From assembly GCA_951406725.2 (NCBI GenBank), contig OX597820.1:46314001-46378000 (forward strand): a stretch of 64,000 bases of DNA, given 5' to 3'. Of the stretch, positions 26,084 to 40,271 are shown piece after piece (within the stretch, counting starts at the first letter, position 1; each line of letters starts with the position of its first letter). This DNA comes from Octopus vulgaris. Its lineage: Eukaryota. The translations under genes were made by a program, and so were the position numbers. The notes under the pieces were generated by a model. The model made no database searches, was not told where the DNA came from, and worked only from the letters and a program-made list of their open reading frames with translations.

Positions 26084-26976
26084 TTGTGTGTGTGTGTGTG
26101 TGCGTGTGTGTCTGTGTGTGTTGTGTGTGCGTGTGTGTGTATGTGTACGTGTAGCTGTAATATGGATCTTTAGTTATTACCTACTAAGTGCATGGAAACA
26201 AAATGGCTTAGTGGATAGGCAATTGGTCTATCAACTCATGGTTCATGAGTTCACTTCCGCTTCAGAAAATTATGTGATCGTTTTAGAAGAAACAAACAAA
26301 AGGCTAAATTCTACGTTACCTTAATTCAAGCCTTGCTGTTAGTTGTTTATAATTTTGGTAAAATGCAAGCAATTTTTAGCAGAGGGAAGTTGATTATATC
26401 GACCCCTGTGTTCAAAAGTATTTATTTTATCCAACCCTATAGAATGACTGATACAGTGGATCTTGGCGTGATTTGAACTCAAAAATTCTACTAAACATTT
26501 TGTCTGGCGCAGTAGTGTTTCTGCCAGCTCACCTTACACCTGGCTGTCAGTAGGTACAGGTAAAAGATCAATATGTCAGGAAATATTAGGAAGTGATAGG
26601 CTGGTGTCTTATCCTCGAGATTTTTCTTTAATCCCACGAAAATGTACCTAAAACATCGGTCCGTAAAAATTTAACCAGCACTTAAGGGCACTTGAATATA
26701 TACAAGTTCAATCTGTTTGGAAATATCAATTAGTGATTGGCTAGTGTCCTCCCCTGGAAAAGCTCTGTCTATCATTTATTTTACATCAGGAGAAAATAAA
26801 TAAAAATGCTTAAAATATTGACTCTGAAAAGGTTAACCTGCACCCAAGGGACTTTAATATATTTACATATATGTATATTTAAATGGAATGTATGGTATTT
26901 GGTTGATGAGAACAATCATCGAACCCGCTCAGCTAAAAAGAAAAAAAAAAGGGATCAACTAAGTCATTATAATGGT

Positions 26977-27547
26977 TTCAAATTTTGGTACAAGACCAGT
27001 AATTTCGGGGTTGGGGGTCAGTCGATAACATCAACTCCAGTGCCCAACTGGTACTTATTTTATCGACCCCGAGAGGATAACAAGTGAAGTCGACCTCGGC
27101 GGAATTTGAACTCAAAAGCATAAAGACAAATAAAATACCTATTTCTTTACTACCCACTAGGGGCTAAACACAGAGAGGACAAACAAATAGATTAAGTCGA
27201 TTACATCGACCCCAGTGCGTAACTGGTACTTAATTTATCGACCCCGAAAGGATGAAAGGCAAAGTCGACCTCGGCGGAATTTGAACTCAGAACGTAGTGG
27301 CAGACGAAATACCTATTCCTTTACTACCCACAAGGGGCTAAACACAGAGGGGACAAACAAGGACAGACAAAGTGATTAAGTCGATTACATCGACCCCAGT
27401 GCGTAACTGGTACTTAATTTATCGACCCCGAAAGGATGAAAGGTAAAGTCGACCTCGGCGGAATTTGAACTCAGAACGTAACGGCAGACGAAATACAGCT
27501 ACGCATTTCGCCCGACGTGCTAACGATTCTGCCAGCTCACCGCCTTA
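26977..27547 (-). mobile_element. Head-to-tail trimer of SINE B
   Basis: Three gtcgacctcggcggaatttgaactca cores joined at aaatac|ctatt; a single tRNA head. Confidence 0.9.
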
Positions 27548-27855
27548 AGAAAATCATTATATAGAGAGAAGAATCTGTGAAGAACAATAATCTCTGGAGT
27601 TAAAAACCTACATAACAGCGGTGTAAATATTATATCTCATGTCTCAGATAACACCAGATATATCACCCTTCTCTCTCTTTTCTCATCGCCCCTCTCTCTA
27701 AATATATATCACTCCTCCCTCTGTCCCTTGTCGCTTTCATTCCCATCTGCTCATATTTTTCGATACATGCATACATATATGTACACATATATGCATATAT
27801 ACATACACAAACAATATATATATACATAAAGATATATATATAGATAGATGTGAGC

Positions 27856-27905
<50 letters not shown>

Positions 27906-27951
27906 TCACATATACACACACACGCACTCACACATACACATATATATATAA

Positions 27952-28004
<53 letters not shown>

Positions 28005-28033
28005 TCTCTCTCTCACAAGCACACACACACTCA

Positions 28034-28085
<52 letters not shown>

Positions 28086-28434
28086 TATACATGCACGAAC
28101 ACACCAGTAGCTATAAAATTCACTACATGGGTATGTAATTTCATACAGTTAACAATCATAAAGCTGCCCTCATCGCTCCCTCAGATATCTGAAGGTAGAA
28201 TCATTTCATCCTATTTATTTTTGTCTAATTGCCACCAGTATATGTCTGATGATATATTGCAGCGATGTGTAACTACATTCAGCATTGTAAGCGTGTATGT
28301 ACCAACACTCACTCACACACACACAAACACACACACACACACACACACAAACTCTGTCTTAATGAATATTGTCGATAGCAAGATGGTGTTCAGAAACAGT
28401 AGAACGCAGTACACAATAACTTCTAATGCCCAAA

Positions 28435-29130
28435 GGCGGCGAGCTGGCAGAAACGTTAGCATGCCGGGCGAAATGCGTAGCCGCATTTCGTCCGCCGTTA
28501 CGTTCTGAGTTCAAATTCCGCCGAGGTCGACTTTGCCTTTCATCCTTTTGGGGTCGATTAAATATGTACCAGTTACGCACTGGGGTCGATATAATCGGCT
28601 TAATCCGTTTGTCTGCCCTTGTTTGTCCCCTCTGTGTGTAGCCCCTTGTGGGCAGTAAAGGAATAAGGAACGTTAGTACGCCGGGTGAAATGCTTCTCGG
28701 TATTTCGTCTATTGTGTTTAGCCCCTTGTGGGTAGTAAAGAAATAGGTATTTCGTCTGCCGCTACGTTCTGAGTTCAAATTCCGCCGAGGTCGATTTTGC
28801 CTCTCATTCTTTCGGGGTCGATAAATTAAGTACCAGTTGCGTACAGGAGTCGATATAATCGACTTAATCCGTTCGTCTGTCCTTGTTTGTCCCCTCTATG
28901 TTTAACCCCTTGTGGGCAATAAAGAAATAAGAAACGTTAGCACGTCAGGCAACAAGCTTAGCGGCATCTCGTCCGTCTTTACGTTCTGAGTTCAAATTCC
29001 ACCATGGTCGATTTTGCCTTTCATACTTTCGGGGGTCGATAAATTAAGTACCAGTTGCGTACTGAAATCGATCTAATCGACTGGCTTCCTCTCCAAAAAT
29101 TTAGGGCCTTGTGGTTACAGTAGAAAAGAA
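28435..29130 (+). mobile_element. Tandem array of SINE B units
   Basis: Three acgttctgagttcaaattcc cores plus a partial unit. Confidence 0.9.
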
Positions 29131-29280
29131 TAATTTCAAATGCTCAGCTACATCTGCTCACTTTCTGAGATCGAGTCACGTTGAAGTCAACTTTGCTTTT
29201 CATCCATATACTGATATCGTTGTGGCACACAGTTGAGATATGTTTGATCACAGGGCTACTCTATCAGGGTTGACCTAAAT

Positions 29281-29700
29281 TCTTTCTATTATAGGCACAA
29301 AGCCTAAAAGTTTGAGCGAGACGGCTAGTCGATTACATCAATCCCAGTTTTCAAATGGGACTTATTATATATACGAAGAAAAAATGAAAGGCAAAGTCGA
29401 CCTTGGCGGTATTTGAACCCAGAACTTAAAGCCAGAAGAAATACTTATTTCTTTATTACCCACAAGGGGCTAAACACAGAAGGGACAAACAAGGACAGAC
29501 ATAGGTATTAAGTCGATTACATCGACCCCAGAGTGTAACTGGTACTTAATTTATCGACCCCGAGAGGATGAAAGGCAAAGTCGACCTCGGCGGAATTTGA
29601 ACTTACGTTGCGCCAGACGAAATACCGCTAAGCATTTCGCCCGGCACGCTAACGTTTCTGCCAGCTCGCCGCCTTAAGCCAGAAGAAATACCGCTAAGCG
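29281..29700 (-). mobile_element. Young SINE B (29445-29675) nested in an older SINE B
   Basis: 16-bp TSD aagccagaagaaatac at 29429-29444 and 29676-29691. Confidence 0.85.
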
Positions 29701-30532
29701 CTAGCTTGTCCCTTTGATAAAAGATCTAAATAACAACAACAAGGTCACCGTCACCAGTAACCAGTATAACTTGTGATATTACGACCAACACCTCCATCAT
29801 TTTCACAACTATAATAATGATAATAACTGCAACAACGACCACAGCAATAAGGGCAACAACACCAACAGCTATATTTATCTATTATTTGTAAAAAAGTGGA
29901 AAAAAAAAAGAACAAATTCTCCGATGTAATCTGTTTTCTTGATTTCAAGTTTCTTGTCTGTTTTCTTGGTTTCGATTTTGTCTATTGTTTTTAATCAACA
30001 AACCAGACAAGCAAACAAATAAGCAACAAAACAGATGAGCAAACCGTTATTGTATGGTTAATTATTGCACTTAGTCATCTCTGCTGCTGGTTCTGCAACG
30101 CTAGCAACTAACGAAACAGATATATTACAGCATCAGTAATTATATAATCATAATAGCATTCTCTCTTTTTCAGACAACTATTGTATAGGTTAGTACGCTA
30201 TGTACATGTATTCAACTATTTCAACCGTTTGAAACAAACGCAGCCGCCATATTGAAGCGTAATACATAATTCTAACAATAGAGAATGATAGCTCTTTTTT
30301 CTATTATTTTTTTATTTCGTTTCTTTTTTCCATTTTTTTTTTTTAGCCTTCCATTTTTCTTCCAAGAAGTTCAAAAGAAGAAAGCACTGAGAGATTTTTA
30401 AAATTCTAATGCTATTTAAGTTACAATTCACTTGGTTCTGGATAAGACATTTATCGCAACTTCCACACTCAAACATACCACCTAGCTACATTCATAATAA
30501 TATACTTCTTATATCTTTTATCATGTGATATC

Positions 30533-31017
30533 TTTTACTCGCTGCAGTAATTACACTGCGGTCATACTAGGTCACGACCTTGAAGGGATTATTCAAACAA
30601 GTCGACACCAATACATTTTTTTGTTTTTTACGGGGACATACACAAATCAAAACTTCTTGTCTCACAGCGATAGTTGAACAAACATATTACAAACACAAAA
30701 ACGCACACATATATACACACACAAACATACATACAAACATACATACATATATATATGTATATACATGTAAGTACATATGTATATATATATATATACATAT
30801 GTATGTATGTGTGTATATATATATATGTATGTATGTATGAATGTATGTATGTATGTATGTATGTATGTATGTATGTATTTATATATAATACAAAATGGGA
30901 CGCAAAACATCCGGGGACAACTAGGTGATACAAAAAGGGACAACAAAACATCCAGATAGGCGATACAACAAAACACTCGAAGCTTTCTATCCTCAGTCTA
31001 GAACCGGATCATCCTCG

Positions 31018-31081
<64 letters not shown>

Positions 31082-31262
31082 TTATATATATTTATATATA
31101 TACATACATACAATGACCTTCTTTCACTTTCTCTCCACCAATTCCTCTTACAATGCTTTAATCGGTCCGAGGCTATAGTAAAAGACACTTTCCCAAGGTA
31201 CCACGCGATATAAATGAATCCGGAGTCATGATTGGGAAGCAAATTTCTTACCACACAGCCAC
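30533..31262 (-). mobile_element. Old SINE A split by microsatellites and an inserted repeat fragment (30885-31020)
   Basis: Tail at 30533-30630, head at 31110-31262. The insert shares cagtc.agaaccggatcatc with 42666-42688. Confidence 0.7.
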
Positions 31263-31272
31263 AATATAGATG

Positions 31273-31351
<79 letters not shown>

Positions 31352-31364
31352 GGATAGATAGATT

Positions 31365-31438
<74 letters not shown>

Positions 31439-31440
31439 GA

Positions 31441-31500
<60 letters not shown>

Positions 31501-31596
31501 GTGTAACACTATATGTACGTAATGCAAGTTTTAAGTGACAAAATTGATGCGTGACAAACTAAAATTGAACATTTTTTTAATCCTTTCTCCTCTCTG

Positions 31597-32068
31597 CTTA
31601 TTTGTTTACATTTGTCCAAATATTTACTAACATTAAAAGAAAAAAAATTCTATTATATTACTGATGTAAGTATATATTAGTGTATAGTTCAAAGTATCGA
31701 ACACACACTGACTGTTTCTCGCGTCATCTATTAAATATTTGACTACGTGTCCCGCGAAAGAAGCCCTTTTATAAACAGGAGAAACCGGATTTTAAGAGTG
31801 TGCACATTTGTGTGTGTGGCTGGAGGTGTGAGTGTGTGTGTTTGTGCGTGTGTCTTTGTGTTTCAGTTTGTCCTGCACTACTGCTTTGAGACCAGTGTTG
31901 GTCTGTTTACGTCCTCGTAACTTAGCTGTTCAGCGAAAGAACTTGGTAGAACTACCAGGCTTAACAATATGTTCTATTTGCTCATCGAAGTCCTTTAAGG
32001 CGTTGCCCTAGCATGACTACAGCCCAACGACTGAAACAATTAAAAGATAAGATAATATATATGTATAT

Positions 32069-32157
<89 letters not shown>

Positions 32158-32860
32158 CATACATACATACATACATACATACATACATACATACATACAT
32201 ACATACATACATACATACATACATACATGCATTCTTTTCTACTCCAGACACAAGGTCCGAAATTTTGCGGGAGGGCGCCAGTCGCTTAGATCGACTCCAG
32301 TACGCAACTGGTACATAATTTATCGACCTCGAAAGGATGAAAGGCAAAGTCGACCTCGACGAGATTTGAACTCAGAATGTAAAGACAGACGAAATGCTGA
32401 TACAAGTTTTTGGCTATTAAATTAATGCATAAATAAATAGTCCTTATCTGTTTATTTGCTAACACTTACTTACAGAAAAAAATTACATTTTAATGTAAGT
32501 ATATAATTAGTGTACTGTTCAAAATATCGAACGGACACTTACAGTTTCGTGCGTCGTCTATTGAATATTTGGCTACGTGTCTCGTGAAAGAAGCGCTTAT
32601 ATAAACAGGGGATATCGGATTTTAAGTGTGTGTGTGTGAGGGCGGGGACGTCTGCGTGTGTCTTCGTGTTTGTTCCACACCACTGCTTTGAGACCAGTGT
32701 TGATTGGTTTATGTCCTCGTAACTTAGCTATTCAGCTAAAGACACTGACAGAATAAGCACCAGACTTTAAAATATATACTAGGCTCGATTTGCATGACGA
32801 AGTCCTTCAAGGCGGTACCACAGCATGACTGCTGAACAACGACTAATGCAACTAAAAAAT
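31597..32860 (+). repeat. Old local direct duplication (~450 bp; 31597-32055 and 32443-32860)
   Basis: Colinear diverged blocks, e.g. aatattt g.ctacgtgtc.cg.gaaagaagc and ctgctttgagaccagtgttg. Confidence 0.8.
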
Positions 32861-32877
32861 AAATTTCAAAAAATGAA

Positions 32878-33116
32878 TGTTCCTTCTCGAGAAATGCCAG
32901 GCTTATAAGGGCCAGTTTCCCGGTTTCAGTGGCGTAAAAATTCCCCATCTGGACGGGACGCCGGTCCGTCGCAGGATTACTCATTTTTGCCAGCTGGAGC
33001 AATGTGAAATGAAGTGTTTTGCTTTAGAACACAACGCGTCGCCCGGTCCAGGAATCGAAACCACAACCTTACGATCATGAGTTCAACACCCTAACCACTA
33101 AGCTACGCGCCTCCAC
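32878..33116 (-). mobile_element. tRNA-derived SINE family D (V-domain-like core); other copies ~35037-35265 and ~39030-39280
   Basis: Minus strand cctgcgacggaccggcgtcccgtccag resembles the V-SINE domain (from memory); flanked by caactaaaaa direct repeats. Confidence 0.8.
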
Positions 33117-34022
33117 AACTAAAAAGTAAAAGATAACATACACACACACAGATATATATATATATCAAGAACAATCTTACTTAGAAAGGGATGCGTGCGT
33201 TCCGTCATATAATATATTAATAAATAAAACATATGCATATATATATACATATATGTATGTACCTACATCTACATGTATATATACACGCATATATGAGTAC
33301 AGGACACCAAAAAAACGTCGAACACAATGAGAAACGAAAACATAGACACAAACCCAAGGAACTGGACATTTTTCTTAAACAACAAAAAAATATAGAGTAC
33401 AGGACAAATAACACAAGGAAAAAAACCCTTCTTCAGTCGCCATGGTTTCATCTACTCTACGTTTCGAAGGTGAAGGCGAGACGTATCTTCGATAGAAACT
33501 TTCCTTCCTGCGAAAAGCAAATCATATAAAATTTGAGATCTTTTTGCAGAGGGGTAAAAATGGTAACAAAAACAGGACAGTAACGACAGTACAAAATATA
33601 AGCAGTAAAAGACAGGACAAGGAAAATAACAAGACAAGAAGGGCTGTTAAGCCGAACGAAAAAAAGTATTACGAACGCTATTTCTGTGGACGGCGAAGGG
33701 AGCAAAGAAAATTGCCGTCCACACCTCAAGAAGGTCAGGCGAGAAAGAAGGTGGCAAGGCTCTCGTCGCGGGTTAACGGCGGGAGGGAGGAGGAGGAGTA
33801 AGAGAAAGGGAGAGAAGAAAGGGGAATGGTTGTGAGGAAACCAGAAAGAATGAAGAATGAGAGAGAGGGAGAGAGAGACCACTGAACTTCCTTCGCACAC
33901 AAAACCGAGTTACGTGCGTAAGCTAAATGGTGACAGAGTCTCTTGGCGCAGCGTTGTGAAATACATCTGTGTTGCAGCTGCTTGGAGTTGACTCAAAGGA
34001 GGAAAAAAAGAATTAACCGCCG

Positions 34023-34211
34023 TTCTTCTTCTTCTTCTTCTTCTTCTTCTTCTTCTTCTTCTTCTTCTTCTTCTTCTTCTTCTTCTTCTTCTTCTTCTTC
34101 TTCTTCTTCTTCTTCTTCTCCTCTTCCTTCTTCTTCTTCTCATCCTCCTCCTCCTCCTTCTTCTTCTTCTTCTTCTTTTTATTCTTCTTCTCCTTCATCT
34201 CCTCCTCTTTC

Positions 34212-34243
<32 letters not shown>

Positions 34244-34624
34244 CTTTTTGTTTTTCTTCTTTTTGTTGTTGTTGTTGTTGTTGTTCTTCTTCTTCTTCTT
34301 CTCCTCCTCCTTCTTCTTCTTCTTTTTCTTCTTCTTCTTCTTCTTCTTCCCCTCCTCCTCCTTCTTCTTCTTTTTGTTCTTCTTCTCCTCCTTCTTCTTC
34401 TTCTTCTTCTTCTTCTTCTCCTTCTCCTTCTTCTTCTTCTCCTTCTTCTTCTTCTTTGTCTCCTTCTTCTTCTTCTTCTTCTTCTTCTTCTTCTTCTTCT
34501 CCTCCTCCTCCTTCTTCTTCTACTCCTCCTCCTCCTTATTCTTCCTCTTCTTCTTCTTCTTCTTCTTCTTCTTCTTCCTTCTTTCCTTTCTTTCTTTCTT
34601 TCACCTCACCCTCCTCTTTCTCTT
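34023..34624. repeat. ~600-bp (TTC/TCC)n polypyrimidine tract
   Basis: Degenerate trinucleotide repeat; source of the poly-S/F/K/R ORFs. Confidence 0.95.
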
Positions 34625-34936
34625 AGGAGGAAAGCAAGGGACTGTCAGTTCTCAAACTTAAAGAACGACAGACACCGTCAGGCTTAAAATGCTCTGGGCA
34701 TGTCGTATATCACGGTTACGTCTGTACAGCATCTGGATTTGTTGGCCCAATGACGGGATCTTGAAAATGATATCAACATCTACAGGGAAGGCCATATTTC
34801 TTAGACGTCTGATCGTTACAATAAATCATATTTCGCAAATTATTCCTTCATAACTTGTGCATAAGAAGTTTACTTAAAAGCACCATGTAAATAATAGCCA
34901 TAGCGAAATCTAAAACAGTTCTAAAGCGTTTTAAGG

Positions 34937-36127
34937 CAGTGGTTCCCAAAGTAGTGGCACTGTCCCCTTGAGGGTGGCGATAAGATCCATAGGGGAGTTG
35001 AAGAAAAGTGGGGTGATAATGGGGTAAATTTAACTTTCCTTCCCGAGTCATGCTGACTCATAAGGGTCGGTTTCCCGGTCAGCATTGCGTAGAATTACCC
35101 CACTTAGACGGAAAGCCGGTCCGTTGCAGGGTTACTCATTTTTGTCAGCAGGGTGGACTGGGGCAACGTGAAATGAAGTGTTTTGCTCAAGAACGCAACG
35201 CGTCGCACGGTCCAGGAATCGAAACCACAATCTTACGATCAGGACTCTAACACCCAAACCACAAGGCTTGGAATGGGAAAAAAGGTGGCGATGGATATAG
35301 AAGAAATTCCAAATAATAGGTTAATTACTCTCTTTACTCTTTCACTTGTTTCAGTCATTTGACCGTGGCCATGCTGGAGCACCACCTTTAGTCGAGCAAA
35401 AGACCCCAGGACTTATTCTTTGTAAGCCAAGTACTTATTCTTATTTCTTTACTGCCCACAAGGCGCTACATACAGAGGGGACAAACAAGGACAGACAAAT
35501 GGATTAAGTCGATTATATCGACCCCAGTGCGTACTTATTTAATCGACCCCGAAAGGATAAAAAACAAAGTCGACCTCGGCGGAATTTGAACTCAGAACGT
35601 AGCGGCAGACGAAATACCGCAAAGCATTTCACCCGGCATGCTAACATTTCTGCCAGTTCGTCGCCTAGTACTTATTCTATCGGTCTGTTTTGTTGAACCG
35701 CTAAGTTATGGGGATGAAAACACACCAGCATCGGTTCTCAAGCGATGTTGGGGGAACAAACACAGACGCACAAACATATACACACACATACATATATATA
35801 CATATGTACGACGGGCTTCTTTCAGTTTCCGTCTACCAAATCCACTCACAAGGCTTTGGTCGTCCCGAGGCTATAGTAGAAGACACTTGGCCAAGGTGCC
35901 ACGCAGTGGGACTGAACCTGGAACCATGTGGTTGGTAAGCAAGCTACTTACCACACAGCCACTCCTACGCCTATGTTAAGTTTTATTAATTATTAGGTTA
36001 TAATTAAGTTGTTTTGAATTTGGTGCAGAAAATGGGTAATATTGGTGGTGATGAGTGGGTAGGAGGGCGCCAGGAATGTGTCTCGTGTGCCAAGGAGGTA
36101 CAGCCTGAAAAAGGTTGGGAATCACTA
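34937..36127. mobile_element. hAT-type MITE carrying nested SINE D, SINE A (35327-35967) and SINE B (35442-35666)
   Basis: Termini cagtggttcccaa / ttgggaatcacta; TSD ttttaagg / ttttaaag. SINE B inside SINE A has a 12-bp TSD agtacttattct. Confidence 0.8.
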
Positions 36128-36615
36128 TTTTAAAGTTATGTTCGAAAATTTCGACAGCCATGTTCGAATTGGTCGCTGGCTATATGATATTTAATCTGCA
36201 TACATCCTAAAATGCAATTCGTACTAATAGGCATTCCTATGGTTTTATAGCCTTAGTTAAGCAACCATATACACAGAAAAAGATGTCAAAAAAAAAAGCA
36301 ACAACAAAAATCATCGCCGGTAAGTGCGCGCTTGTGCGTGCGCGCGTGTGTGTGTGTATGTAGGGGCATATGTGTATGCGCGTATGTGAGTGTGCTTATG
36401 TGCACGTTGTTGAAAGATGAAAGTTATACAGGATTCCTTTCAAAGACAAGTAACACATGATTAGAGAGATATATGATATTCTTATTTGAAAGCAACAGGC
36501 ATGGAAGGTAGATATTATCAATAAGAAGTTATGGTGAGGAAGTATAAGTAGATGGTGTTACAAGGTACACAAAGTTATACAACATAGAGTCGAAACCGAA
36601 GGATTTATAATCAGA

Positions 36616-36998
36616 CTAGCAGTATCGCCCGGCGTTGCTCAGGTTTGTAAGGGAAATAACTATAAAGCATTTTTAGAGAGTAATAGCCAAAAAATAGCAA
36701 AAAAATGGAAAAAAAATGATGGTAAATTTTTTGAGAGTTAAAAAAGGTGGAGTTGCGTCCCCTAGACAGTCTGTGGTTTGGGTTTCTGATTCTCGACCCC
36801 ATGTCGAATTTATCGATTTATTTCAGAACTGGGGGAACTTTTTAAAATTTTCGCTGCGTTAGTTTTGAATTATGACATTGGGCTATGTGAGTGTCAAGTT
36901 TCATCAGAATCGGTTGAAAGCCGTGGTCAGGGTGAGGGTACGAGAAAACAGACACACAGAAACACGCACAGACAAACTGCCGTTTATATAGAGAGAGA
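36616..36998 (-). mobile_element. Non-autonomous Helitron, family 1
   Basis: 5' TC, 3' CTAG with subterminal hairpin cctgagcaacgccggg, A|T insertion site, no TSD; three copies in the window. Confidence 0.85.
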
Positions 36999-37051
36999 TG
37001 TCCATTTGTCACAGTAGCAACCTCGTAAATTGAATATAAAGTTAGAGCAAC

Positions 37052-37367
37052 GCAGCGAGCTGGCAGAAACGTTAGCATGTCGGGCGAACTTCTTATTTCG
37101 TCTGCCGTTACTTTCTGAGTTCAAATTCCGCAGACGAAATACCTATTTCTTTACTACCCACAAGGAACTAAACACAGAGAGGTCAAAGAAGGACAGACAA
37201 ACGGATTAAGTCGATTATATCGACCCAGTGCGTAACTGGAATTTAATATATCGACCCCGAAAGGATGAAAGGCAAAGTCAACCTCGGCGGAATTTGAACT
37301 CAGAACGTAACGGCAGACGAAATACCGCTAAGCATTTCGCCCGGCATGCTTAACCTTTCTGCCAGCT
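37052..37367. mobile_element. SINE B head (+) fused to an inverted SINE B (-)
   Basis: gagctggcagaaacgttagc..gagttcaaattccg followed directly by a minus-strand unit. Confidence 0.8.
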
Positions 37368-37774
37368 TCATCCCCTAAGCCTTCTTAGATATTAAAAAGA
37401 AAAAAATGATGCAGCTTAATCATATATATGTAAGACCATGCTATGGGATCGTCCATGGATTTGAAAGCAAAAGTACATAGCTGCTGAAATCCTACCCAGC
37501 CACTCGTTAAATGCTATGCTTGATAATGAAATACCAGTTAAACTGAATTTAAGGTTTCAAATATACAACTTGCGGTATGTGCGCGCGTGTATAATTACAA
37601 ACATATATACATACACACAAACACACACATAAACACACACTCACATACATACACGTATACACACATACATACACGTATACACATATACTGCGTTTGTTAT
37701 ACATTCACATATACTGTGTCTGTTATATATTCACATATACTGTGTCTGTTATATATACACAAATACTGTGTTTG

Positions 37775-37820
<46 letters not shown>

Positions 37821-38253
37821 GCATACGTATACACACACATATACATATATTGCACATGTACGGGTGTATATTGAGTGTGTGTATATGTGCGTATGTATGT
37901 GTGTGTATGTGTGAACTTGAATGGGTGCACATAGTCGCACACGGGCACGTGCACACATATCGAGGAAAAGATTAAAAATAGGTGGATTTAAATATAGGTA
38001 CACCTCAAAATAGACTCACAAACACACACCTTCTGTATCTCCCTTTCTCTCTGCCTCCCCCACACACATATACACACACTCACACACACACACACACACA
38101 CACATACACACGCATGTACTTGCTAAGTTATAGAATAGAAGTACATATGGAATATTTTTCCCGGAACAAACAAAACCAACTGGTGAATCGTATTTGATGA
38201 GTGCTGAAAGAAGAACCGATATATATATATACATACTAACACACGCACGCACG

Positions 38254-38325
<72 letters not shown>

Positions 38326-38719
38326 CACGCACGCACGAACACGAGCGCACAAACCCTCCATGCAAATTCTCAAATCACATAGACTAATAGGGAGAAAACG
38401 GGAGGAGAGAGAGAGAGTGAGAAGTACAACGTTAATGTTTGGATGAAATCCCAGAATTCCATATTCACGCGTCATCGAGCGAGAGACAGGCGTACGAAGA
38501 TGGCACGGTGCGCTTCATAAAACTCGTGATTGAAGCCATTACGATAGAGCTGGCATCCCATCATCCGAGTGATTAACGCAGTTGAAGGAAACGGTGTTCA
38601 ACGAAAACTTGACACCACTCTTAGCATAGGTTCCGGATTTTCCTAGATTTTTCCGCCTATATTTAACACCGGAGTGGATATGAGATTGCTTAAGGATAGT
38701 TTTCATTATGTGCGTATAT

Positions 38720-38784
<65 letters not shown>

Positions 38785-38928
38785 CGTGCGTGTGCGTGCG
38801 TGCGCGCGCGCGCGCGAGCCTGTTCGTATACATATGTACTGTTATGGCTGTATATATTTTTATATACATTTAAATTTGTGCATAAGAATGTATTTATGTG
38901 AGCTCCTATCTACGTGTGTATGTACATT

Positions 38929-38992
<64 letters not shown>

Positions 38993-40212
38993 TATAAATT
39001 CTTCTATTGGTTGTGAGTAAAATGTAAAGCTCTTTCTCGAGTCATGCCGACACGTAAGGGCCGGTTTGCCAGTTTCCATGTCGTATACATTCCCCACCTC
39101 GATGGGACGCCAGTCCGTTGCAGGATTACTCATTTTTGCCAGCTGAATGAACTGAAGCAACGTGAAATAAAGTGGTTTTCTTTAGAACACAGTGCGTCGC
39201 CCGGTCCAGGAATCGAAACCACAATCTTACGATCATGAATCCAACACCCCCAATTCCCAAGCTATGGGCCGGGCCTCCTCTTATAGGTTATATGAAACGA
39301 TTAAAAGAATTACCGGGAGGAAATTCAACCAAAGCTGAACCACGTCGCAACTAAACTATCTCGACAGCATGCATATTTCGTTGCTCAGAAAATAGTTGCT
39401 ATTGATGGTCTGATTTCTGTGATGTCAATCGATTTTGTGAAGGTGTCTAAAAGCAGCCAAAAGCCGGGTTTTGGTTCAGAAGAAAACTATAAAATATAGC
39501 CAAATCATCGTAGCCGTCGCTAATAATATCGCTTAACCTTTCAGCGGCGAGTATCAATTGATGTCTGCGAAAATTTTAAAAGGATACCATCGTCATCAAT
39601 CGATGCTCGAGTATCTTACTTTGTTAAATGCGCCTAAGCGTGAGCGGCCCTTATCGATGGGAGAAATCAAGAGGCGGATTTCGAAACGATTTATTGAAAG
39701 AGCTAGTATTAACCGCAATTTCACCCAGAACTTGTGAGGGGGTTGTTGCTTGGTATATATAGGTTTCTATAAATACATGTGCATTTACGTAATTACACAA
39801 ATCCAGTGTTCATATAAGTACGTACATACGCATTAAACGTAATATAAAATATCGCTTAAAATACTATACTTAGTATGTATGTATCTACGTATGTACGAGA
39901 TTTTTATATGTACGTACTCAAACAGAAAACATTGAAAACATATATACCACAGCAAAGATCGCAACATTTCTTACAGAGATCTCTTTAAATCTTATGTTTC
40001 GCAGGAAAATAAACTCACCAGTTATCTTCCACAAACAGCTTTTCATCTAGGAACATTTTATTTTGCTTTTTCATATTGCCAACTTATAGTTGGCCTTTTC
40101 TTCCCCTGTATCTGTTATTGCTTGAGCATTCTCGACAGTAAAATTGTACACAGCTTTCTGTTTCTTTTCTCAAATAAAATTAAGACTGTGCATATACACA
40201 CATACATACATC

Positions 40213-40270
<58 letters not shown>

Positions 40271-40271
<1 letters not shown>

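Noticed and set aside
26977-29700. CRISPR-like regularly spaced repeats
   Set aside because: The units are whole SINE bodies without unique spacers; eukaryotic context and no cas genes.
40019-40190. Possible minus-strand exon ending at a GTGAGT donor
   Set aside because: No clear acceptor and no recognisable peptide.
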